A stretch of DNA of 64,000 bases from Octopus vulgaris (lineage: Eukaryota): assembly GCA_951406725.2 (NCBI GenBank), contig OX597815.1, positions 104,470,001 to 104,534,000 on the forward strand. Reading direction: 5' to 3'. Position numbers and translations under genes: made by a program. This document shows positions 24,281 to 39,575 of the stretch, one piece after another. The notes below the pieces were generated by a model that was given only the letters and a program-made list of their open reading frames with translations, was not told the DNA's origin and searched no databases. Position 1 is the stretch's first letter; the number at the start of each line of letters is the position of its first letter.

Positions 24281-25839
24281 AATGTTTATATCAATATTGT
24301 GTTTAAACACACATGAACAGGAATTCACAGGAATATTATGTCTGATTGACCTATCTTCTCTTATTTTTCAATGTCTACATTGTACTTTATATCTTACAAG
24401 AACAAGGAAATTAAGTGCCAAACAAACTACTAGGGTCATTATAATTGACTAAATTCTTTTAAAATGCTACCCCAGTAGGCTGCACTCAAAGGAAAAATTA
24501 AAGAAATAAAATAGAAGTTCACTTGAGGTATTAAGCATGTAATAAAGTGATATTTAAATCATTTTCAAGTTACAGTGTATTAATTGTATTTCCTTACTAT
24601 GCATAATAGACAATAAACTGAAAAAGATTATACAAAACATTGCTTTTTATTTTTAATTTAAATTATATATTTTAATATATATATATATACCCATATATAT
24701 ATTTAATAAATAAATCAAAAACTCAATGTTGATTTTCAGAATGACTAATCAAATCTCCAAAATATCTGTACACTCTAAGTTGTAAAAGAGTTGTCCCAAC
24801 ATTATTTGAACATATTTCTCTTTTGTAAAAGAAAAAAATGGTCATTTATTTAAGTAGCATATTATAAAAGAGAATTGCAAATAATCTACTTACTACTTCT
24901 CTATAGATGAAGACATTGAGATTAGCAGAATAGCAATCAAAACTACTGAAAATCATTAGTAAAATGGTGAGTTCAGTAGAGTCATTCATAGAATTTACCA
25001 AGAAATTCAAGAAAAATAAGACAAGATGTTGAAATATTATTGGAAAGAAAAAGAAAATACGATTGAATTATAAAATATTTCTGTTGTAAGTTGTAATTGT
25101 GCAATGTTTCGAATCAGCTGTTTATCACAGATAGAAGATTGACTAGTAATAAAAGGATTTAGATTACATTGAAATCAAGGCATAAATATAATTTCCAACT
25201 AATTCTCTAATCTTGTTTCTAAATCCAAGTTATTGCAGACTTTGTGTAAACCATAGACCATGTTTGGCTGATTGTAGTGTTAGTGATGATGATGATAATG
25301 AAGATCAGGATGGTGGACATAGTGTTGATGATGATGATAATGGTGGTGGTAGGGGAGATGATGATGATGGTATTGTTGGAGAAGAGGCATCATTCATAAA
25401 ATTATTTTAAATTTCGAAAATTATTTTACTTGTTTTCTGTCCAATAAGATAGTGTACTAGATTATAAGTGTTACAGGTCACATGCTACTTGTTACTGCTC
25501 TTACACCTTTTATATGTTACTACCTTACCAGTGTCACATATCTCTACATTGACTGTGTCATATGTTACTACACCAATAGTGTTACTAGGCAAACAGTGTC
25601 ACATGTTACATGTTACCTTACTAACATTGTGAGATGTTCGTACTCTAGCAATTGACTCACCATTATTGATGGGTCCTCTGTAGGTAACAATTGCATTCAG
25701 TTATTTGATTCATTAAATTAACTTCAAAGTGACTGAGTATTAGACAGACACATGTACCTTTAATGTAATTCTCAAATGTAATCAGTGTTATACACTATAT
25801 GTTAAGGTTGGTCTATTGATATAAGTACAGTCTGTCCAT

Positions 25840-25995
25840 AGGCTTCTACATGGTTTCCATCTACTAAATTTTACTTACAAGCCTTATGAGTAAAAGGCTA
25901 TGCTAAAGACAAATATTCAAGATGGCAAACAGTGGGATCGAACTTGAAATTTTATCATTGCAAAAGAAAACTTACCTTCTCAGCATTGCCTGCAT
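25840..25995 (-). mobile_element. SINE family B, old copy
   Basis: gtttccatctactaaatt..ggctat..agac..cagtgggatcgaac. Confidence 0.6.
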
Positions 25996-27344
25996 CTGCA
26001 ATGTTATTTTACTAACAGTGTCATAAGTTATTATACTAACATTCTGAGTGGCTAGCCAATAAGGATGTCTCTACATGGTTCCTCAACATGCTACTATGGC
26101 AGCCAAATTCCTTTTAAATCAAATCCTAATATACTGAAATTCTAGTAAATAAATCTGAAAATGACTAAGTCTTTCATTTTTGGCAAGAAGTAGTCAATAT
26201 TTAAACTAGTTAGTTTAGTGTTAGCATATTTTTACACAAAAAGCATTACTTGGTTAACTAGAAATAATCATGTAGTGAAGGAAAAAAAAACATTAATCAG
26301 TGACTTATATTATTGAAATTATTTCAGCAAGTACAGGTGGGAGGGACAGCAACTTTGTATGTGCTGTGATTTTTTTTACCCCATCAGTGAAGCACAGACT
26401 TTACTATACATGCTGAATAAGTTACGAAAATATTGCAAAACTTTTGACAAAGAAATGTAGTCATAGGCCAGCTATTACTGATGTCAAAAAGTAAAATATA
26501 TTCTGCTAATTCAGTTGGTCTTTTACTTTTTTGTTTCAAATGCCAAACTTGAAAAAAACCTTTCTGAATTTACTGAACAGCATCCTCACTCTGTACTACG
26601 TCTTTATCCTCATCACTACTGTTACCACTCCATCACCAACAGAAGAAAAGTATTGACACACGTTGATCATCTACAAGAAGACCAGATCATCAGTGGTGTC
26701 CTGCCAATCAACAGATTTACAGAATTCTAATTAAACCTACTGAAGATGCTAAGAGATTTGGCTGCTATTTCTAGAAGGATGAATGGACAATTTGGGACTC
26801 TCTTATTCACTTGGTTGTGATATAATTTGTGTTCCAACTTAATCAGAGATGGTTATGTGGGTTGGTTCTGAGGAAATATGTAAAACGCTTGTACACATCA
26901 GTTCTTAAAGTCATAAATGTTCGATTTTGTGGAACTGAATCAGTCTTAAGAACTGTTGTGAACATGTTTACATGAGAGAGAGAGAGAGAGAGAGAGTGAA
27001 AGAGAGTGAGAGAGAGATTAAATTGCTATTTGATGCATAGTTATTCAAACTTAGGGAGAAAATGATGGTGCTATTAGATATGATATTATGATGGGGAGAA
27101 AAATGATGATGAAGACAGTGAAAATGATGATGGCAATAACATCAACAATGATGGCAGTGTTGGTGATGGTGGTGGTGGTGATGGGAGCCAAGTTGACAAT
27201 CATTCTGAAATAGCAAGCAAGATTTCTGTAAGAAGCATATGAAACTTTAAGTCACATGGAGCCAAATCAAGCTGTTTAAAATGATAATATATTTGGCTCC
27301 TACTAAATGTATTGAAAATGTATTTTCTGTTTGTCCACTCACTC

Positions 27345-27389
<45 letters not shown>

Positions 27390-28704
27390 CACACACACAC
27401 ATATATATATATATGTGTGTGTGCATATGTATATATACATAAGTGAGTGTCTGTGTGTGTGTATGTGTGCAGGTGTTTATGAATATGAATGTATCATGTC
27501 ATGTTTTTCCTTTATCCCACTGATCATATGCTATCACGCATCTATTAATGATCTATTATTCAATCTTTTAATAATATTTCATCATCTTGAATATATATAT
27601 ACATAAATATATATATATATATATATCTTTATAAAACAATAATAAGGTTATCTGAAATAAAATAGATATATATGAATATATTATTGATTAATTTGATTAA
27701 GCATAAAGCCATTGAGCAAAGAGAGAGGGTTAGAGAAAGATATGATGATAAGTTCTTGTACAGTAGATTTAGCTCCTTAAGGGAACCTTTTTTCACTCAA
27801 ATTGAAATTGGTATATGAGAAGCTGGAACTGATTCTAAAATCTTATTTTAATTTCCTGTATTTTGTACACTGAACCTTTTCAAGGACCATATCAGCAGAA
27901 AACATGCATAATCATGGCTAGTGAACAACTAGTGTTACATATTAAAATGATCTCATGAAAGTGACAGAAACAAGGTGAGGAAACATGGTATTTTAATCTA
28001 GTTTTAAAGAAGCTATTAAAAAGAATCCTTAATACAGTTTTGTTTTTCTGACCTCTAAATACTTTGTCTTGAAAATTGAATTAAAATGAGTTATTTTAAA
28101 TTATTTCCATTGAGTGTACTTGTCCTTGGTAGCCAGAGTAATTCTAGATTTGTGTGGTTCTTTGATTGGCCCCAGTTGGTTCTCCTCTATAAGGATATCT
28201 CAATTCATTCCTTTTGTATAGTTTTGTGTCTGCACCTAGTTTCCTGTTTTTTTTTATTATCATTAATGTTGTGAAAATACTCACCATTCTTTTAATTCAT
28301 CCTTTTAATGTTCTCTCATCAATCGTTCTTGTGGCAAATAAAATATTATTATTGCTATTGTTGTTGTTATTTATTATTATTTTGCTGAGATAGCAAAATG
28401 CTAATCTAGATATTGTTTGCAATCTACATGAGAGTCATACTGTTCTGAATTTCAATTACACATGACTGGCTTAATTCTCCTCCCTCTGATGTTGGTAAAA
28501 CAGTTATGAGCAATAAACCTGCAAAGCTGGCCTTATACTTACTCAAAAGTAATCATTACTATTTTATTTTCAATTTTTCTTTTTTTACTTTTATTTTACA
28601 GTAGTTTTGATGATAAAAAAATCTAATGGAATAAAAGATGCTTTTCTGATTCAAGTGCACACAATACTTTTCATTCCAAGAAGGAAAGAATTACAAAAAA
28701 AGTG

Positions 28705-28895
28705 AAAAAAGAAGAGAAAAAGAAGGAAAAGAAGAAGAAGAAGAAGAAGAAGAAGAAGAAGAAGAAGAAGAAGAAGAAGAAGAAGAAGAGGAAAGAGGCA
28801 GCGGAGGAAGAAGAGAAAAAACTGGAGGTGGAAAAGAATAAGGAGGAGAAGGAGGAAGAGAAGAAGAAAAATAAGATGAAGATGAAGAGGAATAG
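28705..28895. repeat. (GAA)n purine tract
   Basis: Seen directly. Confidence 0.95.
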
Positions 28896-29000
28896 AACAT
28901 TTTAGACTTTCTCCAATAATTTCAAATTGAGAACAACCTGTGGCAGGAGGATTAAGCACAAACTGAAAAAGGAAATGATGCAACCATGCTAACTACTAAC

Positions 29001-29036
<36 letters not shown>

Positions 29037-30121
29037 TTGTAATAATAATAATATTAAGAAGTCCTTGATTTTGATATTAACATTCTGAAATATAGCAAAA
29101 AAAAATAAGAAACAGCTTCCAAAATATATGAAGCTTGCTCTGTGTAATATAGTATGTAAAAATATTGAAAATAAATCTGAGAAAATATCACTGAACACTG
29201 ACAGCTTTCTTTCTATCTCACTAAATTAATTACTCTTGCCTTAGTACTGTTTTTAAAATTGGAGATCTGAAGTAGGTGAGTTTACTGATATATTTAAAAA
29301 ATTTTTCTTTTTTATATTACTGTTAGCTAATAATAGTGTCATTGGTTCCAGGTTTCCAATGGTGTTGTAAGTGACAAGAGAGTATACTACACCGAGTATA
29401 ATCTGCATGATACCACATTCACAGGGTTTATAGTGGAATGAAACTTTGACTGTTAATTTGTAGAAATGACTTTTATTTTATATAATATTAAAAGTATGCT
29501 GATCTTTAATTCTAAATATATACATGTTCTTTAATCTTTATACATTTAGAAATTAAGGGCTCAATTTACTTTCTAGCATACACTTTTTAAGTATTGATCT
29601 ATCTTGGTATGATTTACATTCCCCACACAAGCACCTTTGTAGATTGTTGAAGTTGTCTTACATTCATTTTTCTGTTATTGAATATATATTTTGTGTTTTA
29701 AACAATAGGATTGTATTTAAGCTTTAAATCTTGAAAACGTTATAGTAAATTTAAATACCAAAATTCAATAATGTTCATACCACATTTTAAACTGCCAATT
29801 ATGCAATACAATTTCATAAAGCAATCTAAAATGTTAGCTTTAAAATTCAGTATCTCAAACCACACATTATAATCATTAATAAAGACAAATACTTAAACAC
29901 AAACAAAAAAAAAGTTCCATTAATTTTGTTGAAATTTTAAAATATTTGTAAGTTTTAACATTTGAGCATGTGCAAAATATTACGTGCCATTAAAAAGTTT
30001 TGCCATGAATGAATAAAAGAAAAAGGTTCAAAGACTCTTGCTTACATACACTGATTTTATAGGAATTTACATTGTTTTCTATTATAAACAGTTTTTTTAT
30101 TTAAGCTAGACAATGAATTTC

Positions 30122-30124
<3 letters not shown>

Positions 30125-30163
<39 letters not shown>

Positions 30164-30172
30164 GTCTATATA

Positions 30173-30229
<57 letters not shown>

Positions 30230-30447
30230 ATATATATATATATGTATATATATATGTATATATATATATGTATATATATGTATGTATATATATATGTATA
30301 TATATATATAAATGTATATATATATACATATGTATATACACACTAACACACATGTATATGTATGTGTGTGTATATACACATATATATATGTGTGTATATA
30401 TATGTATATATATGAATATGCATACACATATATTTGCATATATATAC

Positions 30448-30484
<37 letters not shown>

Positions 30485-30495
30485 CATACATATGC

Positions 30496-30527
<32 letters not shown>

Positions 30528-30550
30528 GCATATATGTATACACACACACA
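30125..30550. repeat. (CA)n/(TA)n compound microsatellite
   Basis: Seen directly. Confidence 0.95.
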
Positions 30551-30670
30551 AATAATTAAATTATTTGAATTGATTGGCAAGTTTTTATTGTTATTCTGAC
30601 TTTCTGGCAGAAATTCATGAGCCCCACACATACTATTATCAACCCATATGCTCATTGAGTTTAGTACTTG

Positions 30671-30706
<36 letters not shown>

Positions 30707-31384
30707 TGTCTTTAAGTTTGCACACATATACAAACACATCCACACAAATGTAAACTCACACATTAACACACCACACACAAAAATTCATCTAACAAGCTGT
30801 TACTAAAACGATTCTATTGTTCAGCCTAAGCATTGGTTTCAAAAACCAAGAAGAAAGCATTACATGCAAAAAAAAAAAAAGAAAAAAGAATTTTAGGAAA
30901 AATGTTTGCACATATATATATATAGAGAGAGAGAGTCTAGAGTCTAGAAGCAGAGAAATCAACACAAAGCAGATGCAATGGTGATTTAATTGATTACAAT
31001 TAAAACAGCAAACCACAATCAAGACATGAGGAAGAAACTCGTTTGTTCTAGTGAGGTTAAGAAAAAAAAATGCATGCAAAAGATGTTGAATTTTTTTTTG
31101 TTTTCTCTCAAAATGTAAAAGCATATACATATGTATATAGATATAAATATGTAAATATGTATATATGTATATATACATATAAATTATAAGAAAAGACTCA
31201 TTTAAGTTTCCTAATGTGCTTAACTAGAATAAATTTTAGATATCATAAATATTGATTTCACTAGCAGAGGAATGTTGTAATAAAATAGGTAATGTAAAGA
31301 CGTGTTCAAATTTAAAAGATTGTGAAACAGAGGGAGAGGAAAAAAGAGCCTGAATATAATTTCAAATGTCAATATATGCACAGC

Positions 31385-31438
<54 letters not shown>

Positions 31439-31652
31439 CATGCATATATTATACCATATATGATCTATATTCCAAGTTATCAATATAATTTCTGTCTATT
31501 AAAATTTTTCCTTGTTTACTGATTTTGCTTATATGATAGTAATTATAAGTTGTCAGTGCTTGCTTAATTGAGAATGAATGTAGTCATCAGTCAACAATAA
31601 GGGAGGAACTTAGGCAGGTGGTATGGCTGGCAGACAGACAGGGTTAGGGAAA

Positions 31653-31659
31653 AATAATG

Positions 31660-31720
<61 letters not shown>

Positions 31721-31731
31721 TGATGATAGTA

Positions 31732-31762
<31 letters not shown>

Positions 31763-31864
31763 TGCACAGGCAAAGGGATTGAAGATACTGTGAATAAATA
31801 CTGGCTTTTAGAGATAGGATGTGATGAGTAGGAATGACTTATCAAAAGAGGAACAGGAAGAAAT

Positions 31865-31912
<48 letters not shown>
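31653..31912. repeat. (AAT)n microsatellites
   Basis: Seen directly. Confidence 0.9.
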
Positions 31913-32433
31913 GATGGGGGTGTTTAAGACATGCTAAAGGTAATAATAAAAAATAACTTTAAAGTGCTTAATTTAATTGCTTCTGTTTGAAATAAATATG
32001 AAATCTAAAATATATTTCTAAATGTATCCAGAAAATTTCTTCACCGCAGTTTCCATTAAGAAAAAAATGAGAATTACTGTTTTCAATTGTTGTATCATTC
32101 TCTTTATATGTTAAGAATTGCACAGACACATGCACACATAAACATATATACATGCACACACATGCATGCATCTGCCTACACACACACACACACACAACAC
32201 ACACACACACACATACACACACACACACACACACATACACACACGCACACACACACACACACACATACACTAACACACACAAACATACACAGACATACAC
32301 ATGCACACACAAACTGCAACTATAGCCATTAGTAAGAATGTTATGACTTCAAAGCTTGTACTATTCTTCCACTAATTGTCCCAGGTGCCTATGAAGCCTT
32401 GAGCAGACATAGACACCTAGACACCTATGTATA

Positions 32434-32467
<34 letters not shown>

Positions 32468-32469
<2 letters not shown>

Positions 32470-32530
32470 GTCCAACCCATGCTAGCATGGAAAACAGACA
32501 CTAAACGATAATGATGATGATGATGATGAT
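32468..32530 (+). mobile_element. Very short RTE 3'-tail insertion in (TA)n; a similar minus-strand copy is at 12776-12831
   Basis: gtccaacccatgctagcatggaaaacagac..(gat)n. Confidence 0.8.
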
Positions 32531-32568
32531 ATATATGTTTATATATCTAACTATTATCTTTATATATC

Positions 32569-32634
<66 letters not shown>

Positions 32635-33614
32635 TACATACATATATACATACATACATGCGCACACACACAAGGTATTGAAGATACAATTACTTAATAC
32701 GTTAACAAAATGATTTTCATATTTTGTATTGAGATTGATTGCAAAAGTGAAGTTCTTAAGTCCATCATCACAATTTACTTTTTCACCCTGAAATGGAGTT
32801 TATAAAAGTCTAGAAAGATTGATAATGGATTTTAGAACTTGACTGTTCCAAACTCACTGAAATTTCTCATACAAAAATATGAAAATAACTGATTAAAATG
32901 ATAATTATTCAGTTGTTCTTACTCATGTCCAAAAGCAAAACTGTCCTCCCATGCATACATATTTTACACACATACATATACACATGAGAACTGCAATGTT
33001 TGATGAATTTTGTATGTGAGCATTGTCAAATAAGTGGACATATATAGCTATTTTTAGCTTTCCCACTTCAAACCTATGTTCCAGCTAAATAGATAGGCTA
33101 TCTGAGATGGTGCTTGTATGTATATGCTGTCTACTTTTTTTCTGACTATTGTTTCACAATTGCAATAGCTTATACTCGCAGCATATCACACAATGAAAGA
33201 CTGCTTGGCACCTCTTTCTCATCTCTTCTACTTTTTCTCCAATCCTTCTTCCACAGAATATTAAACCATTTCTTTCTTACAGACCTTCAGATTTTTAACC
33301 TCAAAGCATAAGCTTCATTAATGTCATCAGTCTTGAAATTCATGAACACAACTAATCTTTAAAAAATATATATATGAACAAGTGATAATACCTGTCACTA
33401 AAAATCACTGTATGCAATTTTACAAATCAATATCATATAATTGAAATAGGGTATATACAGCATGATGGTACCCTATTTCAAACCGTATCTCAGAAAAATG
33501 AAAGATTTATATTAAAATCATATTTGTTACTTGCACACACACACACTCTCTCTCTCTCTCCCTCTCTCTCCCTCTCTTCCTCATCTCTCTCTCCCCCTCT
33601 CTTACATATGCGTG

Positions 33615-33655
<41 letters not shown>

Positions 33656-36600
33656 CTTATCTGTGTTATCTCTCAATTTCAATGATAAGTATTCAGTTGC
33701 TCAGTTGATTAAACTACTTGATAGCATGCAAGTAGTTGATTATTATCCAGAAGATGTGTATCTTTAATGTAATCATCAGGCAGAATCACCATAAGATAAG
33801 ATTAGACTGAGGCTATAGTAAAGAGACTTTCCTAAGATGCTATGCAGTGGGAGTGAACACAGGACTTTGTGACTGCAAAGCAAACTTCTTAACCTTTCAT
33901 TACACCTTCCCACACACTTACACATAGATACATATTTAAATATTTTTTACTGTTATGATATAGTCATGATATCTTCAGGCATTGACTTTTGTTCAAAAGC
34001 TATTTAGCCTAGAATAAAACAATTAAAACATTTTGTGTAAATTACTAATCTTATAAACTGGGATATCTTTTGTTTATTATTGCTGGGCAATATGATGCTT
34101 TGTCAGTGTCCCTTAAAATTCTTTCATCATAGGAGTTGCTATATACAATATACACTATTTGTATAGATATAATTAATATTAAGTTCTATGAAAATATTTG
34201 TTTTCTGATATGGTCATGAGATATCTGGAAATAATGTTATGTAGAAGAAAACTTTAACTGCTCAGATATCACACATGTATTGATTCAGCCATCCCAAGAC
34301 TAACATGTACATTGGAATAGCCACAAGCACATGTATAAGCATAGATATGCATCCCAGTATATATACATATTCATATACATAAACCCATGTGCATATATAT
34401 AATTAATACAGTCAAAAATGGGGAAAATTTAACTCGTCAAATGGGATTCTGAGTAGTGATGTTGAACTGTCTTCTGATATATATTCCAACATGCAGTCTC
34501 ATAATAAATATCAGTTTTATACCTTATAATTCGATTTCACATGAAAAATTACATTCAGATATCCACCAATCAATCTGATATGCCTACAAAATTCACAGCC
34601 TCAAATTAATAACATACTAATCAATGCCTTAAAAATCTCCTGAATTATTTTATGGCATACAGCTATACTCTTTGTAGCTGAACAAACTAAAGATTCTAAG
34701 GTTTCTCAAAACTACACAAAATCTTCACAACAAATCATACCTTATACTAAAATGAGTCTGCAGAAGTTAAAACTCAAAGTTACATGATTCCAATCTTGAG
34801 GTGCCTGAGGAGCAGGAATGAGAACCTTTCTCAAGTAGCACATACAGCTTTATCTTTGAATAAATAATGTTGTTCCACTCTACCTGAGAGCTGTATGAAT
34901 AATTTTTGCATTATTGTAATTCACTTTAATGCAAACTAAAATACATACATACATGCATGCACATATACATACATACATACATTCACACACACACAAAGAA
35001 TAGTCATGGAACAAACCCATCAAAACATCTGTCAAGTGTAAAGAACATACAAAACATATCTTTTATATTGTGCAACAGCATATTCCTGATTATGGTAACT
35101 GGTCAAAATGTTAGTGATAGTTCCATGCTGACTATTGCACTTGTTGTGCATTGATCTGCAGATTGCTATAGTATATGTTGGTTAATCCTATAGTCTGTTA
35201 CTTTGGAATTTCCATTGAATTCAGCCACTTCTCCAGACAAATCTATCTTGGTGAGAAGACTAAGTTTTTTTTCTGTTCAGTGTAAACTTATCAAAAGAAG
35301 TAATTGCATTCATTGAAAATTTCAACTCACAGCATCAACCTAAATATACAATATATACATATGTGTGTGTGAACACACATACACATTTTTAGAAGGCTGT
35401 TTGTTATGGTCAGTCAGAGCATGACTATTGGTTTCACACCTATAAAGCACTTAACTGTATAGTCGACTTATTAGACTCAAATGGTCAGAGGTACATAACC
35501 TTTCTTATAACTGGAGGGAGGAAAACCTCATGCACATTTAATTTTGTAAACAAAAAATACCTGGAACAACCTCTATTGCTAAGTGTTTGGGTGGAGTGGA
35601 GTTATCCCCCTTACATTGGTTCCAGCTGTGTCTGTAACACTTTTCAAAGCTGGTGATATATTCCTATTTGGCAAATGGAGAATTACAAGCTTGAAACAAG
35701 ATATACTTTTGATAAGGGCATTGGCTAAACACTTCTCTTCTGGAGTTTAAAAATGTCTTCAGATCAAGTGAGTTTTTCAAGATTCTTACTCTCTCAACCA
35801 AGCAAAGCTGAGGCATTTATCTTGCTGAGGCATTCCTCTGGTTGTTTTAGGAGCCTCCATTTAATACTGTATGGCATGCATTCCTTCTTTAAATGCCATA
35901 TGTAGGTGGCCTGGGACGTGATGTTGTGCTTCCTCTATCCTAAAGAAGGGTATGTGGTTGCTGAAATATTGCTTAAAGGGGCTGCCTGTGTAACAAAAAG
36001 CCTTCTAAATATGTATTATTGTTCCTATTTTGGATATATGAACTACTGACGATATATATATAGTATGCATATATAAACAGAAATAAATTATCAAATAATG
36101 CAGAAGTCAGTAGTATTGCTTCCCAGTAAAACAAAGCACCATCCCTATTCTTGGTCTGTTCATGGCTAGGTGTTTCAGATGAGTAAATACTGGCATTGAT
36201 GTAGCAACATTTGAAATTGTGTCTAGGTTAGTCTAACCAATGAGAACTAATCAAATTTACGTTAACAAATGTAATTTGGTAAGTTAAAAACCTAGGTTCT
36301 AGATTACCCACATCTGGATTGTACATTCATTTAGTGTTCTTCCTACAGGTAAGATGAAATTTTTTATGTTCGCCACCTGCAAACCTTTTTGCTAGTATAT
36401 ATATACAGTGAAACTTTACTGTAGTGGTATATATTATCAACTGCTATTTCCAGTAAATGTTGGTGTATATATGTGTGTATGTATGTGTATGTTTGTGTAT
36501 CTGTGTTTGCCACCCACCATCGCCTGACAACCAATGCTGGTGTGTTTATGTCTTTGAGAGAGTGTGTGCATGTGTAGATATATGGATGTGTGTGAATGCA

Positions 36601-36842
36601 ATGAGTGTAATCTAGAAGGAAGATATGTGTATTCATCAATGAAGGTAGAGTATTACTTGATATTTATTGGAGTCAATACTTCATGTTTTGAAACTCAACT
36701 TTTCATGTCTCTGATTATCATGCAAAATATGATGAATTTATAATTTATAAGAATTCAAAATTTGCTTGAAGACTGGAGGTAGACTGAAGTAGAAAGAGTA
36801 ATGTTTCAGCTCCAATAACTATAGCATTACAAATGCATACAT

Positions 36843-36916
<74 letters not shown>

Positions 36917-36977
36917 AGACATAATATCATATTTAGCTTCAATAAAAACATCATATATATAAATATATGTATATATA

Positions 36978-37781
36978 ATCATCATCATCATCATTTAACA
37001 TCCGTCTTCCATGCTGGCATGGGTTGGACAGTCCAACTGAAAACTACCAAACTAGGGAGCTGCACCAGGTTCCAATCTGATTTGGCATGGTTTCTACAGC
37101 TGGATGCCCTTTCTAATGCCAACAACTCCAAGAGTGTAGTGGGTACTTTTTACATGCCAACAGCATGGGTGCCACTTACAAAGCACTGGCATTGGCCATG
37201 GCTATGATCTCACTTGGCTTGACAGGTCTTTTCAAGCATGGTATATTGCCAAAGGTCTCAGTCACTTGTCACTGCCTCTGTGAGGCCCACAGTTTGAAGA
37301 ATGCCTTTTACATACCACTGGCATGGGTGCCTGGTATGTGACTCTGACACTGGGCATGACTATGATTTCACTTGGCTTGATGGACCTTCCCAAGCATAGC
37401 ATATCACCTGGGTTTATCTCTTCCACAAGTTCCCTTCATAGTTAGAGATGAGCACTTCACACAGGTGTCCTCATCCATATGCATTACATGAGCATACCAG
37501 TTCAGTGGTCTCTCTTGCACATCACATCTCATGTTTCTTATGCCCAACTTTTCTCTCAAAACGTTTACACTCTGTTCTACATGCACACTGACATTGCACA
37601 TCCAGCAAAGCATCCTAGCTTCATTTCTTTCAAGCCTTTGCATGTTCTTGGCAGTCAAAGCAGATGTTTCACTGCCATGTAGTGTGGCTGTTCACACACA
37701 GGCATCATACAGTCTGCTTTTCACTCTGAGGGAGAGGCTCTTTGTTAACAACAGAGGTAAGAGCACTCTGAACTTTGCCCA
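36978..37781 (-). mobile_element. 5'-truncated RTE LINE
   Basis: RLERNEARMLCWMCNVSV..WYAHVMHM..GRDKPR; 3'UTR and (CAT)n. Confidence 0.9.
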
Positions 37782-38559
37782 TATATATTAATGTTAGTTT
37801 TTTTGGTTCAGTTATAATAAAAACAATTTTACACTAGTGTGATGTGTTACATGTTACTCTATACTTTTGTAGAGTACAAGTTTATAATTCTAAAACAAGA
37901 ATGTTGTTGACAGTGACTTCAAGATTTCAGCTAGCTAAGCTATCTTGACTGTAAATATGCTGCCTCAGAATTTACTTCCCTTTAAGCAACACTAGTATAG
38001 AAAACATAGGATAAATAAATGCTAAATTTACTTGTTTCTTTGAATCCCTTTAATTATTTGTATATTATTGTCAATTGTCACTATATAAGTTATTGTCATT
38101 GATGCTTTGTCTAATTCATTATTGGTATTTTAATATTGAAGCAAATTAACTAGGAATAAAAATGCTAGCAACTTTTGCACAATCAAAGTCTGAAACTATA
38201 ATTAACAGGTGTTCAGAAAAAAATATCCACTCATAAGGATAAGATTGTTAAAATATTTGAGCACTATTAATCCTTATATATACATAATATTTAATATATC
38301 CAACAAATTATATATTATATATAAGGACATATATCTGCATTACATGCTTACAATGCTATGAGAATTATATAAGTTGAACAGGGTCAAAACAATTGCTTAG
38401 AAGTGTTCCATGTAGTGAATGTCTAGACATTTGTGCAAATGGAAAATTAAAAATGTTCCTTTTTCCAAAATAATGGAAAGTGATAAACTATGAAATGCAA
38501 AAGAATAATATTTTATAAGAATTCTAAATTCAAAGCTAAACCAAAAATACTATTTTTGA

Positions 38560-38950
38560 GATGAGGAATTATGTACATTATTTACAATGGATGGTTAGGC
38601 GTCCTCACTTTGTTTGTTGTTACCACAATGCTTCAGCTGATTTACTCCCCAGCCTTCATCAGGTGTTCTGATGGAATTTCAAATATTACCCTTTACTTGG
38701 CTAATGGGGTACTCTGTTCTCATTCCTGAGGTATTCTTTTATGCTGATGTTATTTTTTTGCTGACATTATTTCCCAAGTCCCTACCTGGGACTGAACTCA
38801 GAATCCGAGGATTAATAGCCTGTGCTCTTATCCACTATGCTATATGCCTGAAACATTGTGGTAACAACAAACAAGGTATATGCTATATGCCCTAAATGTG
38901 GTAACAACAAACAAGGTGAGGATACCTATCCATCCATTGTAAATAATGTA
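38560..38950 (-). mobile_element. tRNA-headed, hammerhead-containing short retroelement with inverted tail copy
   Basis: tRNA-like head 38848-38785 (tagcatagtgg A box, gagttcagtccc B box), HHR 38665-38624, tail 38624-38560, inverted tail copies 38849-38950. Confidence 0.7.
38624..38665 (-). ncRNA. Type I minimal hammerhead (decayed)
   Basis: cac-CTGATGA-a-ggctg..cagct-GAAG-ca-TT-gtg; the inverted copy at 38849 keeps GAAA. Confidence 0.6.
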
Positions 38951-39394
38951 AACAAAAAATAGTCAACACCACTACTAAAACCAACCTTCTCTATACAGAT
39001 TACCACATAACATGTCTTTTTGAAAAGCTGTAAATAATGAAAGAGCTTACACAACACGAATCCTGCTTTCCAAAAGATTGTGTCCTTTTTGTAAGATTTC
39101 ATATATAATTAATGATTTTCAAGTAGAGAAAATCTTTCTTCATATATATTATTGCATCAATAATTCTTTCTAACAAATTTTAAATATATATATATGTATA
39201 TGGAATTATTTTTATTGCATGCCTTCCTACATCTCCTACCCTTCAATCTCATTTCTGATATTTTAACAAGTTCAATTTTTAGGAGAAACAATATTTTGCC
39301 ATACCACCTCCTCCAAAATTCCTTTTTATCTTTCATTTCTTATAATATTTTTTTAATCTTCTTTACAAAGGTGGTAAACTGACAGAATTATTAC

Positions 39395-39575
39395 TGTGCT
39401 GGGCAAATTGCTTAGCAGCATTTCTTCTAGCTTTATACATTCTGAGTTCAAATTCCTCAAAGTTCAAACTTCACCTGTCATCTTTAAATAAATAAGTATG
39501 AGTTAATCCTTAGAAGTTGATGTAATTGACTAGCCACATCTCCCAAAATTTGAAATTTTGTTCCTATAGTACAAA
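39395..39575 (+). mobile_element. SINE family A
   Basis: gcttagcagcattt..ttctgagttcaaattcc..gatgtaattgac. Confidence 0.7.

Noticed and set aside
28651-28983. Lys/Glu-rich or Leu-rich ORFs
   Set aside because: (GAA)n simple repeat
36675-36715. Possible eroded HHR on the minus strand
   Set aside because: Both core boxes are mutated; not supportable
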